From the NCBI GenBank assembly GCA_964644605.1, contig CAZXWS010000039.1:1-60969 (forward strand): 60,969 bases of DNA, in the 5' to 3' direction. Shown here one piece after another: positions 37,051 through 46,658 of the stretch. Position 1 is the stretch's first letter, and each line of letters begins with the position of its first letter. The translations under genes and the position numbers were made by a program. Origin of the DNA: an uncultured Gammaproteobacteria bacterium (GTDB taxonomy: Bacteria > Patescibacteriota > Microgenomatia > UBA1406 > GWC2-37-13). Below the pieces are notes generated by a model. It had not been told where the DNA came from. It saw only the letters and a program-made list of their open reading frames with translations, and did not search any database.

Positions 37051-37590
37051 TTATTTTTTAAGAAGGTTTGAAAACATCATTTCAAAGTGTTCCAGTTTGG
37101 GACCGATGATGAGTTGACAGTATGGTTGGTTTGGATTGTTCTCAAAGTACTGTTGGTGGTACTCTTCTGCTGCATAAAAGTTTGTGAACGGTTTAATTTC
37201 AGTGACTACTCGTTTCGGTATATTCTGCTGATTATATTTATTTTGCATTGTCTTAAGTGTTAGCTCTGCTTGGCGTTTATGTTCATCTGACGTATAGAGA
37301 ATAATGGAGCGGTATTGAGTCCCTACATCATTCCCTTGCTGGTTAAGAGTAGTTGGATCGTGGACATAGAAGAATACTTCAAGAAGTTGTGTATATGAAA
37401 TTATGGATGGATCAAACTCAATTTTTACTACTTCAGCATGTCCTGTTTCTTCATAACTTACTTCCTGGTACGTGGGATTTTCTTTGTACCCTCCAGCATA
37501 TCCAGAAACTACTGAAATGACACCCTTAAGGCGCTGAAATACTGCTTCCGTACACCAAAAACATCCTCCACCGAACACAGCTATTTCCAT
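37051..37590 (-). CDS. msrA: Peptide-methionine (S)-S-oxide reductase
   Basis: GGGCFWC active site and GYAGG motif. Confidence 0.9.
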   Translation of the reverse strand: MEIAVFGGGCFWCTEAVFQRLKGVISVVSGYAGGYKENPTYQEVSYEETGHAEVVKIEFDPSIISYTQLLEVFFYVHDPTTLNQQGNDVGTQYRSIILYTSDEHKRQAELTLKTMQNKYNQQNIPKRVVTEIKPFTNFYAAEEYHQQYFENNPNQPYCQLIIGPKLEHFEMMFSNLLKK

Positions 37591-37612
37591 AGGTACTGAA
37601 TGTCACGGATAA

Positions 37613-37978
37613 TCATGGATTAATAGGGATAAATTTTAACGATATAGAGTTGACACAGTGACGGGTATTTTTAGTGGTAAAATCTTCACCAACAAAAACA
37701 TGACCCAAGTGTGCACCGCAGTTGTTACAAATTATTTCAGTTCGTTTCCCATCTGCATCGAGCACACGTTTAACAGCACCCTCAATTTCTTGATCAAAAC
37801 TCGGCCAGCCACAATGTGCATCAAATTTAGAGTCTGATCTATATAATGGCGCATTACAACGTCGACACACATAAGTGCCTTCTTGATAGAAGTCTTCATA
37901 CTCGCCACTAAAAGGTGTTTCAGTACCTTTGTGTATGATTACATTTTCCTCGTCCGGAGTTAGTTTGTTATAAGTCAT
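37613..37978 (-). CDS. msrB: Peptide-methionine (R)-S-oxide reductase
   Basis: Two CxxC zinc motifs, GHLGHVF and RHCVNS. Confidence 0.9.
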   Translation of the reverse strand: MTYNKLTPDEENVIIHKGTETPFSGEYEDFYQEGTYVCRRCNAPLYRSDSKFDAHCGWPSFDQEIEGAVKRVLDADGKRTEIICNNCGAHLGHVFVGEDFTTKNTRHCVNSISLKFIPINP

Positions 37979-37993
37979 GAGCTATATAGCGTA

Positions 37994-38299
37994 TTATTTA
38001 TATGACTCTTCTTCAATAGCGGAGCGTTTAATAAAGTGGTATGACATGCTGGGGTCTGATTTATACTCAGAATCACTGTACTCAAATGCTAAGAGTTGCT
38101 CTTCAAATAATTGAAAAAAATCTTCCCAAGTTGTTTCATGTAGTTCGCGTTTATCTAAAAATTTATCGTCTTCATCACCAGGAAAGTTGATGCGAATTCC
38201 CCTCTCGTCGCCAGTGGCATCAGGAGCGTCTATAATTTCTGGAAATCCTTTATGTTTAATAATCCAGTCTTTAATAACTTTATGATCAGTTGTTGTCAT
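37994..38299 (-). CDS. Acidic hypothetical protein
   Basis: 101-aa ORF in an operon-like arrangement with msrB/msrA. No recognised domain. Confidence 0.45.
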   Translation of the reverse strand: MTTTDHKVIKDWIIKHKGFPEIIDAPDATGDERGIRINFPGDEDDKFLDKRELHETTWEDFFQLFEEQLLAFEYSDSEYKSDPSMSYHFIKRSAIEEESYK

Positions 38300-38321
38300 A
38301 GTATATTTTACTAATTTTCAA

Positions 38322-39260
38322 TCATGAAAACAAATCAATTTGATCGTCGGTTGCTTTCTTTTTTTCAGGAATGGCGGAGTGCTGTTCAGGTTGATTTTTT
38401 GTACTAAAAATTCGTTCTTGAAGCGATTTGATTTGGAATGAGGATAGGAATTCTTTTAACCGCTCATTAAACCATGTAAACTGTGTTTGTTCGAGATTGC
38501 ATTCTATCGGTACGTCTTTACGAATAGTGGCAAGTTCATGCGATAGTGCTATATTTTCTTTATGACTAATAATAAGTTCCTTGATGCGGTTCTCTTTAAT
38601 GTCATCAGCATGCGTTAATACGCCGTTTACATCCCTATATTGAGCAAGAAGTTTAGCGGCTGTTTTTGGACCAATTCCCTTTGCACCTACGTAGTTATCA
38701 GAAGCATCGCCCATTAAGGCTTTGAGGTCGGGGATTAGATTTGGCCTGACACCCATTTTTTTCTCGACACCCTCTTCATTATACACAGCAATATCGCTTA
38801 ATCCAGTTTTGGGAGTGATAACAAAGACATTTTTGTCCACGAGCTGCATAATGTCTCTATCTCCTGTAAGGATGAGAATACGTAGATCAGGAACATTTTT
38901 AAATTTCTCGGATAAGGTTCCTATGACATCATCAGCTTCATATCCATCTTTTTCTAAAAAAGTAATTCCAGCTATTTCCAGCATTTGACGAATTAAAGGA
39001 ATTTGTTTTATAAAATCATCATCAGCTTTTGGTCTATGTGCTTGATAAGTAGGGGAGAGAGTATTGCGAAATGTAGGTTTTGGAGTGTCAAAGCAGACAA
39101 TAATATAATTCGGTTTAAAATCTGTTACTGACTTAAAGAGCATGCTTAAAAATCCATAGAGCGCGTTTGTCGGAACACCATCTTTTGTGTGGAAGTTGGG
39201 CATGGCATGATATGCACGATGTATGAGAGCATTACCATCGATTAGTAAAAGTGTTTGCAT
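38322..39260 (-). CDS. Standalone 5'-3' exonuclease / flap endonuclease (Pol I N-terminal domain homologue)
   Basis: LLIDGNALIHRAYHA, FDT..PTFR, EADDVIGT, GDRD and SDNYVGAKGIGPKTA (H3TH). Confidence 0.85.
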   Translation of the reverse strand: MQTLLLIDGNALIHRAYHAMPNFHTKDGVPTNALYGFLSMLFKSVTDFKPNYIIVCFDTPKPTFRNTLSPTYQAHRPKADDDFIKQIPLIRQMLEIAGITFLEKDGYEADDVIGTLSEKFKNVPDLRILILTGDRDIMQLVDKNVFVITPKTGLSDIAVYNEEGVEKKMGVRPNLIPDLKALMGDASDNYVGAKGIGPKTAAKLLAQYRDVNGVLTHADDIKENRIKELIISHKENIALSHELATIRKDVPIECNLEQTQFTWFNERLKEFLSSFQIKSLQERIFSTKNQPEQHSAIPEKKKATDDQIDLFS

Positions 39261-39302
39261 GTAGAAATTATAACTAATATTTTATTAAGCATTGATCACT
39301 TC

Positions 39303-39469
39303 AATCACATATAGTAAATTTTTCAGAATGTAACTCGTCCTGAATTCTTTGTCGACCTGCCCATATTACAAGCATTTTTACTTAAGAAATAGTGGCATCG
39401 CCCGTACGTTATCATACTCGAAGAATCAGGACTCGGACAAACATTCTTCAAAATTTACTATATGTGATT
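39303..39469. repeat. Long imperfect inverted-repeat element (~165 nt); MITE-like or structured RNA
   Basis: AATCACATATAGTAAATTT (39303-39321) pairs perfectly with AAATTTACTATATGTGATT (39451-39469). Inner pairings are GAATGT/ACATTC, GTCCTGA/TCAGGAC and TTCTT/AAGAA around a ~65-nt core. Confidence 0.65.
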
Positions 39470-39483
39470 TTAAGTAACACGAT

Positions 39484-41409
39484 TTACAATGGAGGGGCAA
39501 AAACCTGGCCTTCGCCGGACGGAACATCCGGAATATTTTCTGGAGTTTTTTTCGGGCCGACAATCACTTCAAATTCTTCTTTATCCATATTTTCTTTTTT
39601 AATAAGTTCTGCCGCTACTTTGTCGAGTAATTCTTTTTTATTTTTGATAAGTTTTGTGGCCTCTGCATAACATTTTGTAATAATGCTCTTTACTTCTTCA
39701 TCGATCTTTCCTTGTATTTCTTGAGATATAGAATTTTGTTCCCAGTAACTTTTACCCCATTCAGTCACATCTTGTGTTGGACCGAAATTAATTGGGCCGA
39801 GCGGACTCATGCCATACTCCACTACCATAGCTTTTGCAATTCGAGTAGCCTGGTCGAAATCATTAGCTGCACCGGTGGTAACTTCTCCAAAAATCACTTC
39901 TTCTGCAACTCTTCCTCCCATCATCGCCGTAATACGTTCTAGTAAATTTGTTTTTGTTTCATGCAATTTATCGGTATCCGGATGAATGAGTGTATATCCA
40001 AGTGCCATTCCACGGGATACAATAGAAATTCTTTGCACTGGATCAGTGTGTTCGAGGAAGTGAGAAACTATAGCATGACCTGCTTCATGGTATGCAGTCA
40101 ATTTTTTATCGTAGTCTGATTGTAATCGTTTTTTTGCTGGACCTAATTTCACTTTCACTGCGGCTTCTTCAATATCCTCCATGCTAATTTTATCTCTTGA
40201 ATGTCGTGCGGCATTAATAGCTGCCTCATTTAACATGTTCTCGATATCTGCACCTGAAAAACCAACAGTTCTTTTAGCAACTTTATCCCAATTTACATTA
40301 GCTTCGAATGGTTTACCGCGACCGTGTATTTGAATAATGGACTTTCTTCCTTCAACGTCTGGATAATCGACAACAATACGTCTATCAAAACGTCCGGGAC
40401 GTAATAATGCTGTATCGAGAAGATCACCACGGTTTGTGGCGGCTATAACGATGACATGCTCATTCGGATTAAATCCATCCATCTCAACAAGAATTTGATT
40501 TAATGTTTGTTCCCGTTCGTCATGTGAAGGCATAACACCCGTAGATCGCGCTCTCCCAATAGCATCAATTTCGTCGATGAAAATAATAGATGGTGAATTT
40601 TTTTTGGCTGTCGAGAAAAGATCTCGTACTCGTGCAGCTCCGATACCTACCAGCATCTCCATAAATTCAGATCCGGCAATAGAGAAGAAAGGGACGCTTG
40701 CTTCACCTGCCACTGCTTTTGCGAGTAATGTTTTACCAGAGCCAGCAGGCCCAATAAGAATCACACCTTTTGGAGTACGTGCACCTAATTTTCGGTATTT
40801 TTCAGGATTTTTGAGAAAATCAACTACTTCTTCAAGTTCTTTTTTTGCTTCGTCTACTCCCGCTACATCATTAAATGTCACTTTTGGTAAATCGCGGTTA
40901 AAACGTTTTGCTTTAGACTGTCCAAAAGAAAATACTGACTCCTGAGCACCTTTTGCCTGTCTGAATAGAAATATAAAAAATGCGACCATCAGTATTGTTG
41001 GAATAATATTACTGAGTATATTGATCCAGCCCATTGAGGTTTGCGTGTCTTTATATCTTATGTCTGCCGAAGATGGGTCAACTCCGAAATTTTTAAGCGT
41101 TTGAGTAAAGCCTTCGGTTGTGTCCTTGTAACTGACTGCCATTTTGTCATCTTTATAGTGAGCGACAATCTTGTTATCGAAGACATCCACATAACTTACC
41201 TTTTTATCTTTTATATCTTTAATAGTTGAAGTGAGCGGTTTTTCTGGTAAGGCTTTTTTGACTTCGCCAGAAAGAGCATTGTAAACGTAAAATAGAAACA
41301 ATCCAGCAAATAAAAGTATGAAGAGAGTTTTAATATCAAAATTAAATTTAAATTCTCTAATTTTTTTGTTTTTTTGTTTGTTAGAAATAGTTGAGTTTTT
41401 TTGTGGCAT
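39484..41409 (-). CDS. ftsH: ATP-dependent zinc metalloprotease FtsH
   Basis: Walker A GPAGSGKT, Walker [12 protein letters not shown] region [19 protein letters not shown] and zinc site HEAGHAIV. Confidence 0.95.
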   Translation of the reverse strand: MPQKNSTISNKQKNKKIREFKFNFDIKTLFILLFAGLFLFYVYNALSGEVKKALPEKPLTSTIKDIKDKKVSYVDVFDNKIVAHYKDDKMAVSYKDTTEGFTQTLKNFGVDPSSADIRYKDTQTSMGWINILSNIIPTILMVAFFIFLFRQAKGAQESVFSFGQSKAKRFNRDLPKVTFNDVAGVDEAKKELEEVVDFLKNPEKYRKLGARTPKGVILIGPAGSGKTLLAKAVAGEASVPFFSIAGSEFMEMLVGIGAARVRDLFSTAKKNSPSIIFIDEIDAIGRARSTGVMPSHDEREQTLNQILVEMDGFNPNEHVIVIAATNRGDLLDTALLRPGRFDRRIVVDYPDVEGRKSIIQIHGRGKPFEANVNWDKVAKRTVGFSGADIENMLNEAAINAARHSRDKISMEDIEEAAVKVKLGPAKKRLQSDYDKKLTAYHEAGHAIVSHFLEHTDPVQRISIVSRGMALGYTLIHPDTDKLHETKTNLLERITAMMGGRVAEEVIFGEVTTGAANDFDQATRIAKAMVVEYGMSPLGPINFGPTQDVTEWGKSYWEQNSISQEIQGKIDEEVKSIITKCYAEATKLIKNKKELLDKVAAELIKKENMDKEEFEVIVGPKKTPENIPDVPSGEGQVFAPPL

Positions 41410-41457
41410 ACTCAGATATTTTAGCAGATTTTTGGTAGAATTGATAGCACAAAAAGT

Positions 41458-42510
41458 ATGAAAATTATATCAAGCACTGACAAATCAGCAGTTCAACAAA
41501 CTGTAAGTATTTTACGAGCAGGAGGTCTTGTCGTCGCCCCTACTGACACCGTATATGGATTGCTTGTAGATGCAACCAATGAGCGTGCCGTAGAAAAATT
41601 GATACAGTTTAAAAGTCGTCCACCTGGTAAGGCAATATCGATATTTGTCGAAAACCTACACATGATGGATAAGTATGTGACAATTTCACCAGCGCAAAGA
41701 TCGCTGTTAGAAATATTATTACCTGGTCCGTACACTATTATCCTTGAATCAAAGCACAAGACTTCAAAGTTACTTGAATCTGAAATTGGAACTCTAGGTG
41801 TGCGTGTACCAAACTATGATTTTATAACCGATCTTGTTCATGAATTCAAAAAACCACTTACAGCAACTTCGGCAAATCTCAGCACAAAATCACCCAACTA
41901 TTCTGTAGATAGCTTTTTACAAAGTTTATCCAAGCAAAAAATGGAGTTGCTAGATTTGGTAATAGATGCAGGAAATTTACCCCATAACAAACCTTCTACT
42001 GTTGCTGATCTCACTAAACCTGAAGTGCAAATTTTACGGCAAGGTGATTTGGAGTTCAAAGAAGAAAACAAGTACAAATCAACAGTTGAAGACGAAACAA
42101 AAGTTATAGCGAAGAAATTATTAAATGATTTACTCGATGAGCGACAAACAATTGTTATAGTACTAGAAGGTGATTTAGGGGTGGGAAAAACAGTGTTTGT
42201 GAAGGGAATCGCGGAACAATTGGGAATTCATAATATAATCTCCCCGACTTACACGGTTTATTACGAATATACGCTCAGCGACATGTTGTATAAAAAATTA
42301 TATCACTTCGATTTGTATCATATAGAAAACGAAGAAGAGTTCAAATATCTTGGACTAAATAAAATTTTAAAAGAAACATCTATTATCTGTCTCGAATGGG
42401 GTGAAAAAGCAGCTTCAATTATGCCCTTACTGAAAGAAAAAGCAAAGGTAGTGTATGTGAAAATGCAGTATATTAATGAAAAAGAAAGAAAAATTATTAT
42501 AAGTACATAG
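41458..42510 (+). CDS. tsaC-tsaE: Fusion of threonylcarbamoyl-AMP synthase (TsaC/YrdC domain) and the t6A ATPase TsaE
   Basis: N-terminal GGLVVAPTDTVYGLLVDA (YrdC). C-terminal GDLGVGKTVFVKGIA..SPTYT..HFDLYH (TsaE). Confidence 0.8.
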   Translation: MKIISSTDKSAVQQTVSILRAGGLVVAPTDTVYGLLVDATNERAVEKLIQFKSRPPGKAISIFVENLHMMDKYVTISPAQRSLLEILLPGPYTIILESKHKTSKLLESEIGTLGVRVPNYDFITDLVHEFKKPLTATSANLSTKSPNYSVDSFLQSLSKQKMELLDLVIDAGNLPHNKPSTVADLTKPEVQILRQGDLEFKEENKYKSTVEDETKVIAKKLLNDLLDERQTIVIVLEGDLGVGKTVFVKGIAEQLGIHNIISPTYTVYYEYTLSDMLYKKLYHFDLYHIENEEEFKYLGLNKILKETSIICLEWGEKAASIMPLLKEKAKVVYVKMQYINEKERKIIIST

Positions 42511-42515
42511 TTGTT

Positions 42516-43577
42516 ATGAAAATACTATCAATTGATACCTCATGTGACGAAACATCCGTGGCGATAACTGAAGGAAGGAAAGTGTTATCGCATATTGAGT
42601 ATTCGCAGATTTTAACTCATAAGGAGTGGGGAGGAGTAGTACCGTCGCTCGCAAAACGGGCTCATGAAGAGAGAATTGAATGGGTAGTACTGCATACATT
42701 GCAAAGGGCGTTTGGAAAGTCAAAGAATACACTAGACACTGCAATCCAAGAAGTGGATGCAATCGCAGTGACGTATGGCCCAGGACTAGCCATAGCACTC
42801 GAAGTAGGTATCAATACAGCAAAAAATTTATCTGTACACTATCAAAAGCCTCTTATTGCAGTTAATCATATGGAAGGACACATTTACTCGTGCTTTGTAC
42901 AAAACAGTAAAGGGAATCCAGTTAGAGAGTTTGATTTTCCTTATTTAGCGTTGCTTATATCTGGAGGACATACAGAACTAGTACTGTTTAAGAGTTACTT
43001 TGATTATGAGATTATCGGACAGACAGTGGATGATGCTGCCGGGGAAGCAATAGATAAAGCAGCACGTATGTTAGGATTTAATTATCCGGGCGGTCCCGTA
43101 CTGGAACGACTAGCAGAACAAGCAGGAAATTTGGATTTTCATAATTTTCCTCGTCCGATGAAAAAATCACAGGACTTAAATTTCTCTTTTTCTGGGTTGA
43201 AAACATCATTTTATAACTATACAAATAAAATGAACAAAAACGATAGTGTTAACTCTCCTGATAAGCTATCTTCATCTTTTCAAGAAGCGGTATTTGGCTC
43301 CATACTTATAAAAACTGAGCAGGCCATCCAAACTCATAGGATTCATCGTTTGGTTGTTGGTGGGGGAGTCATTGCAAATAAATATTTGCGAAAGCGTTTG
43401 CGTCAACTTGTAAAGCCTTATAAAGGCGAAGTTCTTTTTCCGCCTTACCGGTATTTAACTGGTGATAATGCCAGTATGATTGGGGTGGTTGCCAGTATTA
43501 AAGCTTCACGAGGAATGTTCATAAAAGACATACATGAGTTAGATCGTAGTCCTCGATTATCACTAGGGTCGGGTTGA
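42516..43577 (+). CDS. tsaD: tRNA N6-adenosine threonylcarbamoyltransferase TsaD
   Basis: ILSIDTSCDETSVAI, GPGLAIAL, VNHMEGH and LISGGHTEL. Confidence 0.9.
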   Translation: MKILSIDTSCDETSVAITEGRKVLSHIEYSQILTHKEWGGVVPSLAKRAHEERIEWVVLHTLQRAFGKSKNTLDTAIQEVDAIAVTYGPGLAIALEVGINTAKNLSVHYQKPLIAVNHMEGHIYSCFVQNSKGNPVREFDFPYLALLISGGHTELVLFKSYFDYEIIGQTVDDAAGEAIDKAARMLGFNYPGGPVLERLAEQAGNLDFHNFPRPMKKSQDLNFSFSGLKTSFYNYTNKMNKNDSVNSPDKLSSSFQEAVFGSILIKTEQAIQTHRIHRLVVGGGVIANKYLRKRLRQLVKPYKGEVLFPPYRYLTGDNASMIGVVASIKASRGMFIKDIHELDRSPRLSLGSG

Positions 43578-43616
43578 TAAATCGTGCTCTTTCGGGTACA
43601 CTGTAAAAACTTTACT

Positions 43617-44336
43617 ATGCTTCAAATACAAGATTTAAGTGTTTCTATTGACGGTAAATCAATACTCAAAAATATTAATTTTGAGTTTGAAAAAGGAAAA
43701 ATTTATGCAGTAATGGGTCCGAACGGATCTGGTAAGTCAACACTCGCCTACTCAATTATGGGTAATCCATCCTACCAGATAGACGAGCAATCTCATTTAC
43801 TGTTTGAGAACGAAGATCTAACTGAACTTGATGCTCACGAACGAGCAGAAAGAGGAATATTTCTATCATTTCAGTCGCCACTCTCTTTATCAGGAGTAAG
43901 AATACATCAACTGCTTCAGTTGGCGATCAAAGGTAAAAAAAGTCCGATTACTGTTCGAGAAGAGACAAAAAAAATAGCAAGCGAACTTAAGATAAGTGAA
44001 GAATTATTGAGTCGATCTCTTAATGACGGAGCCTCTGGAGGTGAGAAGAAGAAACTTGAAGTGTTACAGGCTGCGGTGCTTGATAAGAAGTTGTTGATTT
44101 TCGATGAGGTTGATACAGGAGTAGATGTCGATGCCTTAAGAACAATAGCTGAGTATCTGGAGAATCATCGCGCGGATAAAACGTATATTATTATTACGCA
44201 CTATAACAGGATTCTCCATTACCTAAAACCGGATAAAGTATTGGTCATTGCAGATGGAGAGTTAAAAAAAGTAGGAGGTTCAGATTTAGCTGAGCAAATT
44301 GAGAAAGAAGGTTACCAAAAAGTGATTGGTACCTAA
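43617..44336 (+). CDS. sufC: Fe-S cluster assembly ATPase SufC
   Basis: MLQIQDLSV, GPNGSGKST, GASGGEKKK and LIFDEVDTGVD. I prefer ATG 43617 over the upstream GTG. Confidence 0.9.
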   Translation: MLQIQDLSVSIDGKSILKNINFEFEKGKIYAVMGPNGSGKSTLAYSIMGNPSYQIDEQSHLLFENEDLTELDAHERAERGIFLSFQSPLSLSGVRIHQLLQLAIKGKKSPITVREETKKIASELKISEELLSRSLNDGASGGEKKKLEVLQAAVLDKKLLIFDEVDTGVDVDALRTIAEYLENHRADKTYIIITHYNRILHYLKPDKVLVIADGELKKVGGSDLAEQIEKEGYQKVIGT

Positions 44337-44521
44337 TTTCTCACTGCATATCAAATTTACTCAGAAGTTAACTCTTCCAGAAAAGGCAGATAGTTGTAGT
44401 TCAAATCGCGAATTTTCGAATAATGGCTATCTCTTGGAAAAGCGTATGCCTTTCTGGAATCAAACAAAACTTCTTCCTAAATTCGATATACAGTGATATT
44501 CGTGTTTTAAAATTTTTTTAT

Positions 44522-45922
44522 ATGGCAAATAGTAAACAAAATTTGGATTTCGATTATCGATATGGGTTTGCTATGCCTGAAAAATACGCATTTAAGGCGC
44601 AGAAAGGGCTTTCAGAGCAAGTTGTACTGGATATATCGCGCATGAAAGGGGAACCAACCTGGATGACCGAATTTCGCTTAAAATCATATAAGATCTTTTT
44701 GGATAAAAAAATGCCCGAGTGGGGAGCTGATCTGTCACGTATTAACTTTGAGGAAATTTATTACTACATTAAACCAACCGAAAAGCAAGTTGATTCCTGG
44801 GATAAATTGCCTGCGGAAATAAAGGAAACATATGATCGGATTGGTGTTCCTGAAGCCGAAAAAAAATTTCTTGCTGGAGTTTCAGCTCAGTATGAGTCGG
44901 AAGTTGTGTACGAAAGTGTTAATCGTGAACTAAACAGGCTGGGGGTTATTTTTTGTGATATGGACACCGCTTTGCGTAAATATCCTGATATGGTAAAAGA
45001 GTATTTCGGAACATTAATTCCAGCACACGATAATAAGTTCTCTGCATTAAACTCAGCGGTGTGGTCGGGTGGATCTTTTGTTTATGTTCCTAAGGGAGTA
45101 AAAGTTACACTACCGTTACAAGCATATTTTAGGATTAATTCAGAGCGTTTTGGTCCATTTGAACGAACATTAATCATTGCTGATGAGGGAAGTAGTGTCC
45201 ATTATGTAGAAGGTTGTACCGCTCCTATTTATACATCTGATTCTTTGCATGCGGCAGTGGTGGAAATTTTTGTGAAAAAAAATGCACGCGTCAGATACAC
45301 AACTGTTCAAAACTGGAGTAAAAATGTTTATAATCTCGTAACAAAACGGGCGCGTGCAGATGAAAATGCGATAATGGAATGGGTTGATTGCAACATTGGG
45401 AGTCAAGTTACAATGAAGTATCCGAGCGTTTATTTGTATGGAGAAGGCGCACGCGGAGAGGTGCTTTCAATAGCCTTTGCGGGAAAAGATCAGCTTCAGG
45501 ATGCGGGCGCAAAGATGATGCACTTCGCGCAAAACACATCCTCACGAATTGTTTCTAAATCTATATCTAAAGATGGCGGAAGGACATCATACCGCGGTTT
45601 AGTACAGGTTTATCCCGGAGCTAAGAATTCTTCCGTATATGTTTCTTGTGATGCACTTATTCTAGATGATTTATCACGTTCAGACACATACCCATATATG
45701 AAAATAAAGGAAAATGATGTATCTATCCAGCACGAAGCGACTGTGGAGAAATTAGGCGAAGAAAAGCTTTTTTACTTAATGTCACGGGGTATTAAAAAAG
45801 AAGCAGCGGAGGGACTTCTGGTAAACGGATTTATCGAACCAGTAGCTCGTGAGATACCAATGGAATATTCAATCGAGTTGAACCGTCTCATCAATCTGGA
45901 AATGGCAGGAAGTGTGGGGTAA
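44522..45922 (+). CDS. sufB: Fe-S cluster assembly scaffold SufB
   Basis: Typical SufB beta-helix sequence including YVEGCTAP and the C-terminal MSRGI..EA..L.V.GF. I prefer the start at ATG 44522. Confidence 0.9.
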   Translation: MANSKQNLDFDYRYGFAMPEKYAFKAQKGLSEQVVLDISRMKGEPTWMTEFRLKSYKIFLDKKMPEWGADLSRINFEEIYYYIKPTEKQVDSWDKLPAEIKETYDRIGVPEAEKKFLAGVSAQYESEVVYESVNRELNRLGVIFCDMDTALRKYPDMVKEYFGTLIPAHDNKFSALNSAVWSGGSFVYVPKGVKVTLPLQAYFRINSERFGPFERTLIIADEGSSVHYVEGCTAPIYTSDSLHAAVVEIFVKKNARVRYTTVQNWSKNVYNLVTKRARADENAIMEWVDCNIGSQVTMKYPSVYLYGEGARGEVLSIAFAGKDQLQDAGAKMMHFAQNTSSRIVSKSISKDGGRTSYRGLVQVYPGAKNSSVYVSCDALILDDLSRSDTYPYMKIKENDVSIQHEATVEKLGEEKLFYLMSRGIKKEAAEGLLVNGFIEPVAREIPMEYSIELNRLINLEMAGSVG

Positions 45923-45929
45923 TTTATTG

Positions 45930-46073
45930 AATTTACGAAATTATTTTAGATACTCGATACAATTTTTTTTGTTCCAGTGGGACCCCCCGGAAATTGCAAC
46001 AGGCAAATCCGGGCATCCCAAGTCACAAAAAAATTGTATCTTCGCATCTATTTTTAAAATAATTTCGTAAATT
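45930..46073. repeat. Long imperfect inverted-repeat element (~144 nt) between sufB and sufD
   Basis: AATTTACGAAATTATTTTA (45930-45948) pairs perfectly with TAAAATAATTTCGTAAATT (46055-46073). Further arm pairing includes GATACAATTTTTTT. The GC-rich apex pairs CCCGGA with TCCGGG and TGGGA with TCCCA. Confidence 0.7.
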
Positions 46074-46087
46074 TATAAATTATTTTT

Positions 46088-46654
46088 ATGTCAACATTTA
46101 TAGACTTAACTCATAAAGAAGGGCAGACATTACATTTTGACAAAAAAGGTCATTATGTGGTGTTTATGCATAATACATCCGGAAAATTTGTGTTTGAATT
46201 AGCGGCGCGGGGTGTGGAAGTGGATATTTTTGGATTATTTGAAGGTAAATCACAAGATGATTTTCAAATTGAAACTGTGCAGCATCATCTGGCGCAAGGA
46301 AGCACTTCTAATTTACTTATAAAAGGTGTTTTTGCGGAGTCATCACGATTCGATTATTCAGGTTTAATACGGATTGAAAAAGAAGGTCAGCAATCTCATG
46401 CCTATCAGAAAAATCAAAACTTACTATTATCACCGGATTCTTTTGTTCAGTCTAAACCGTTTTTAGAAATACTAGCTAATGATGTCTTTTGTACACACGG
46501 TTCAACGACTGGCAAATTAAACGAAGAGCAAATTTTTTATATAAAAAGTCGAGGTGTTACTCAGAAAGAAGCGATGAGACTTATCATTGACGGTTTTGTG
46601 AATGAGGTGTACGATAAAGTGCGACAAAAAGTCCCAAAATTTAGACCATTATAA
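46088..46654 (+). CDS. sufD: Short SufD-like protein (C-terminal half only)
   Basis: 188 aa. SufBD C-terminal motifs LLLSPDS..KP.LEI.ANDV.C.HG...G.L.EEQIFY..SRG......RLII.GF. Confidence 0.75.
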   Translation: MSTFIDLTHKEGQTLHFDKKGHYVVFMHNTSGKFVFELAARGVEVDIFGLFEGKSQDDFQIETVQHHLAQGSTSNLLIKGVFAESSRFDYSGLIRIEKEGQQSHAYQKNQNLLLSPDSFVQSKPFLEILANDVFCTHGSTTGKLNEEQIFYIKSRGVTQKEAMRLIIDGFVNEVYDKVRQKVPKFRPL

Positions 46655-46658
46655 ATAT

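Noticed and set aside
39392-39670. 92-aa + strand ORF between the exonuclease gene and ftsH.
   Set aside because: It begins inside the long inverted-repeat element and continues antisense to the 3' end of ftsH. It has no coding signature.
485-42798. Many ORFs in the six-frame track lie antisense to, or nested within, long conserved genes. Examples are 485..718, 1192..1395, 3267..3458, 3960..4193, 4624..5016, 5141..5608, 6767..7060, 7806..8033, 8539..8775, 10809..11265, 12543..13209, 15208..15600, 28387..28761, 31118..31462, 31589..31873, 40577..40945 and 42514..42798.
   Set aside because: They overlap strongly supported genes on the opposite strand or in another frame. They have no recognisable motifs and show the low-complexity composition typical of shadow ORFs.
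39303-46073. Assigning the two long hairpin elements to known RNA families (6S RNA, SRP/4.5S RNA, RNase P RNA, tmRNA).
   Set aside because: I could not find the conserved SRP domain IV motif (GGAAGCAG-type), RNase P or tmRNA signature sequences. The 6S-like shape alone is not diagnostic. A covariance-model search is needed.
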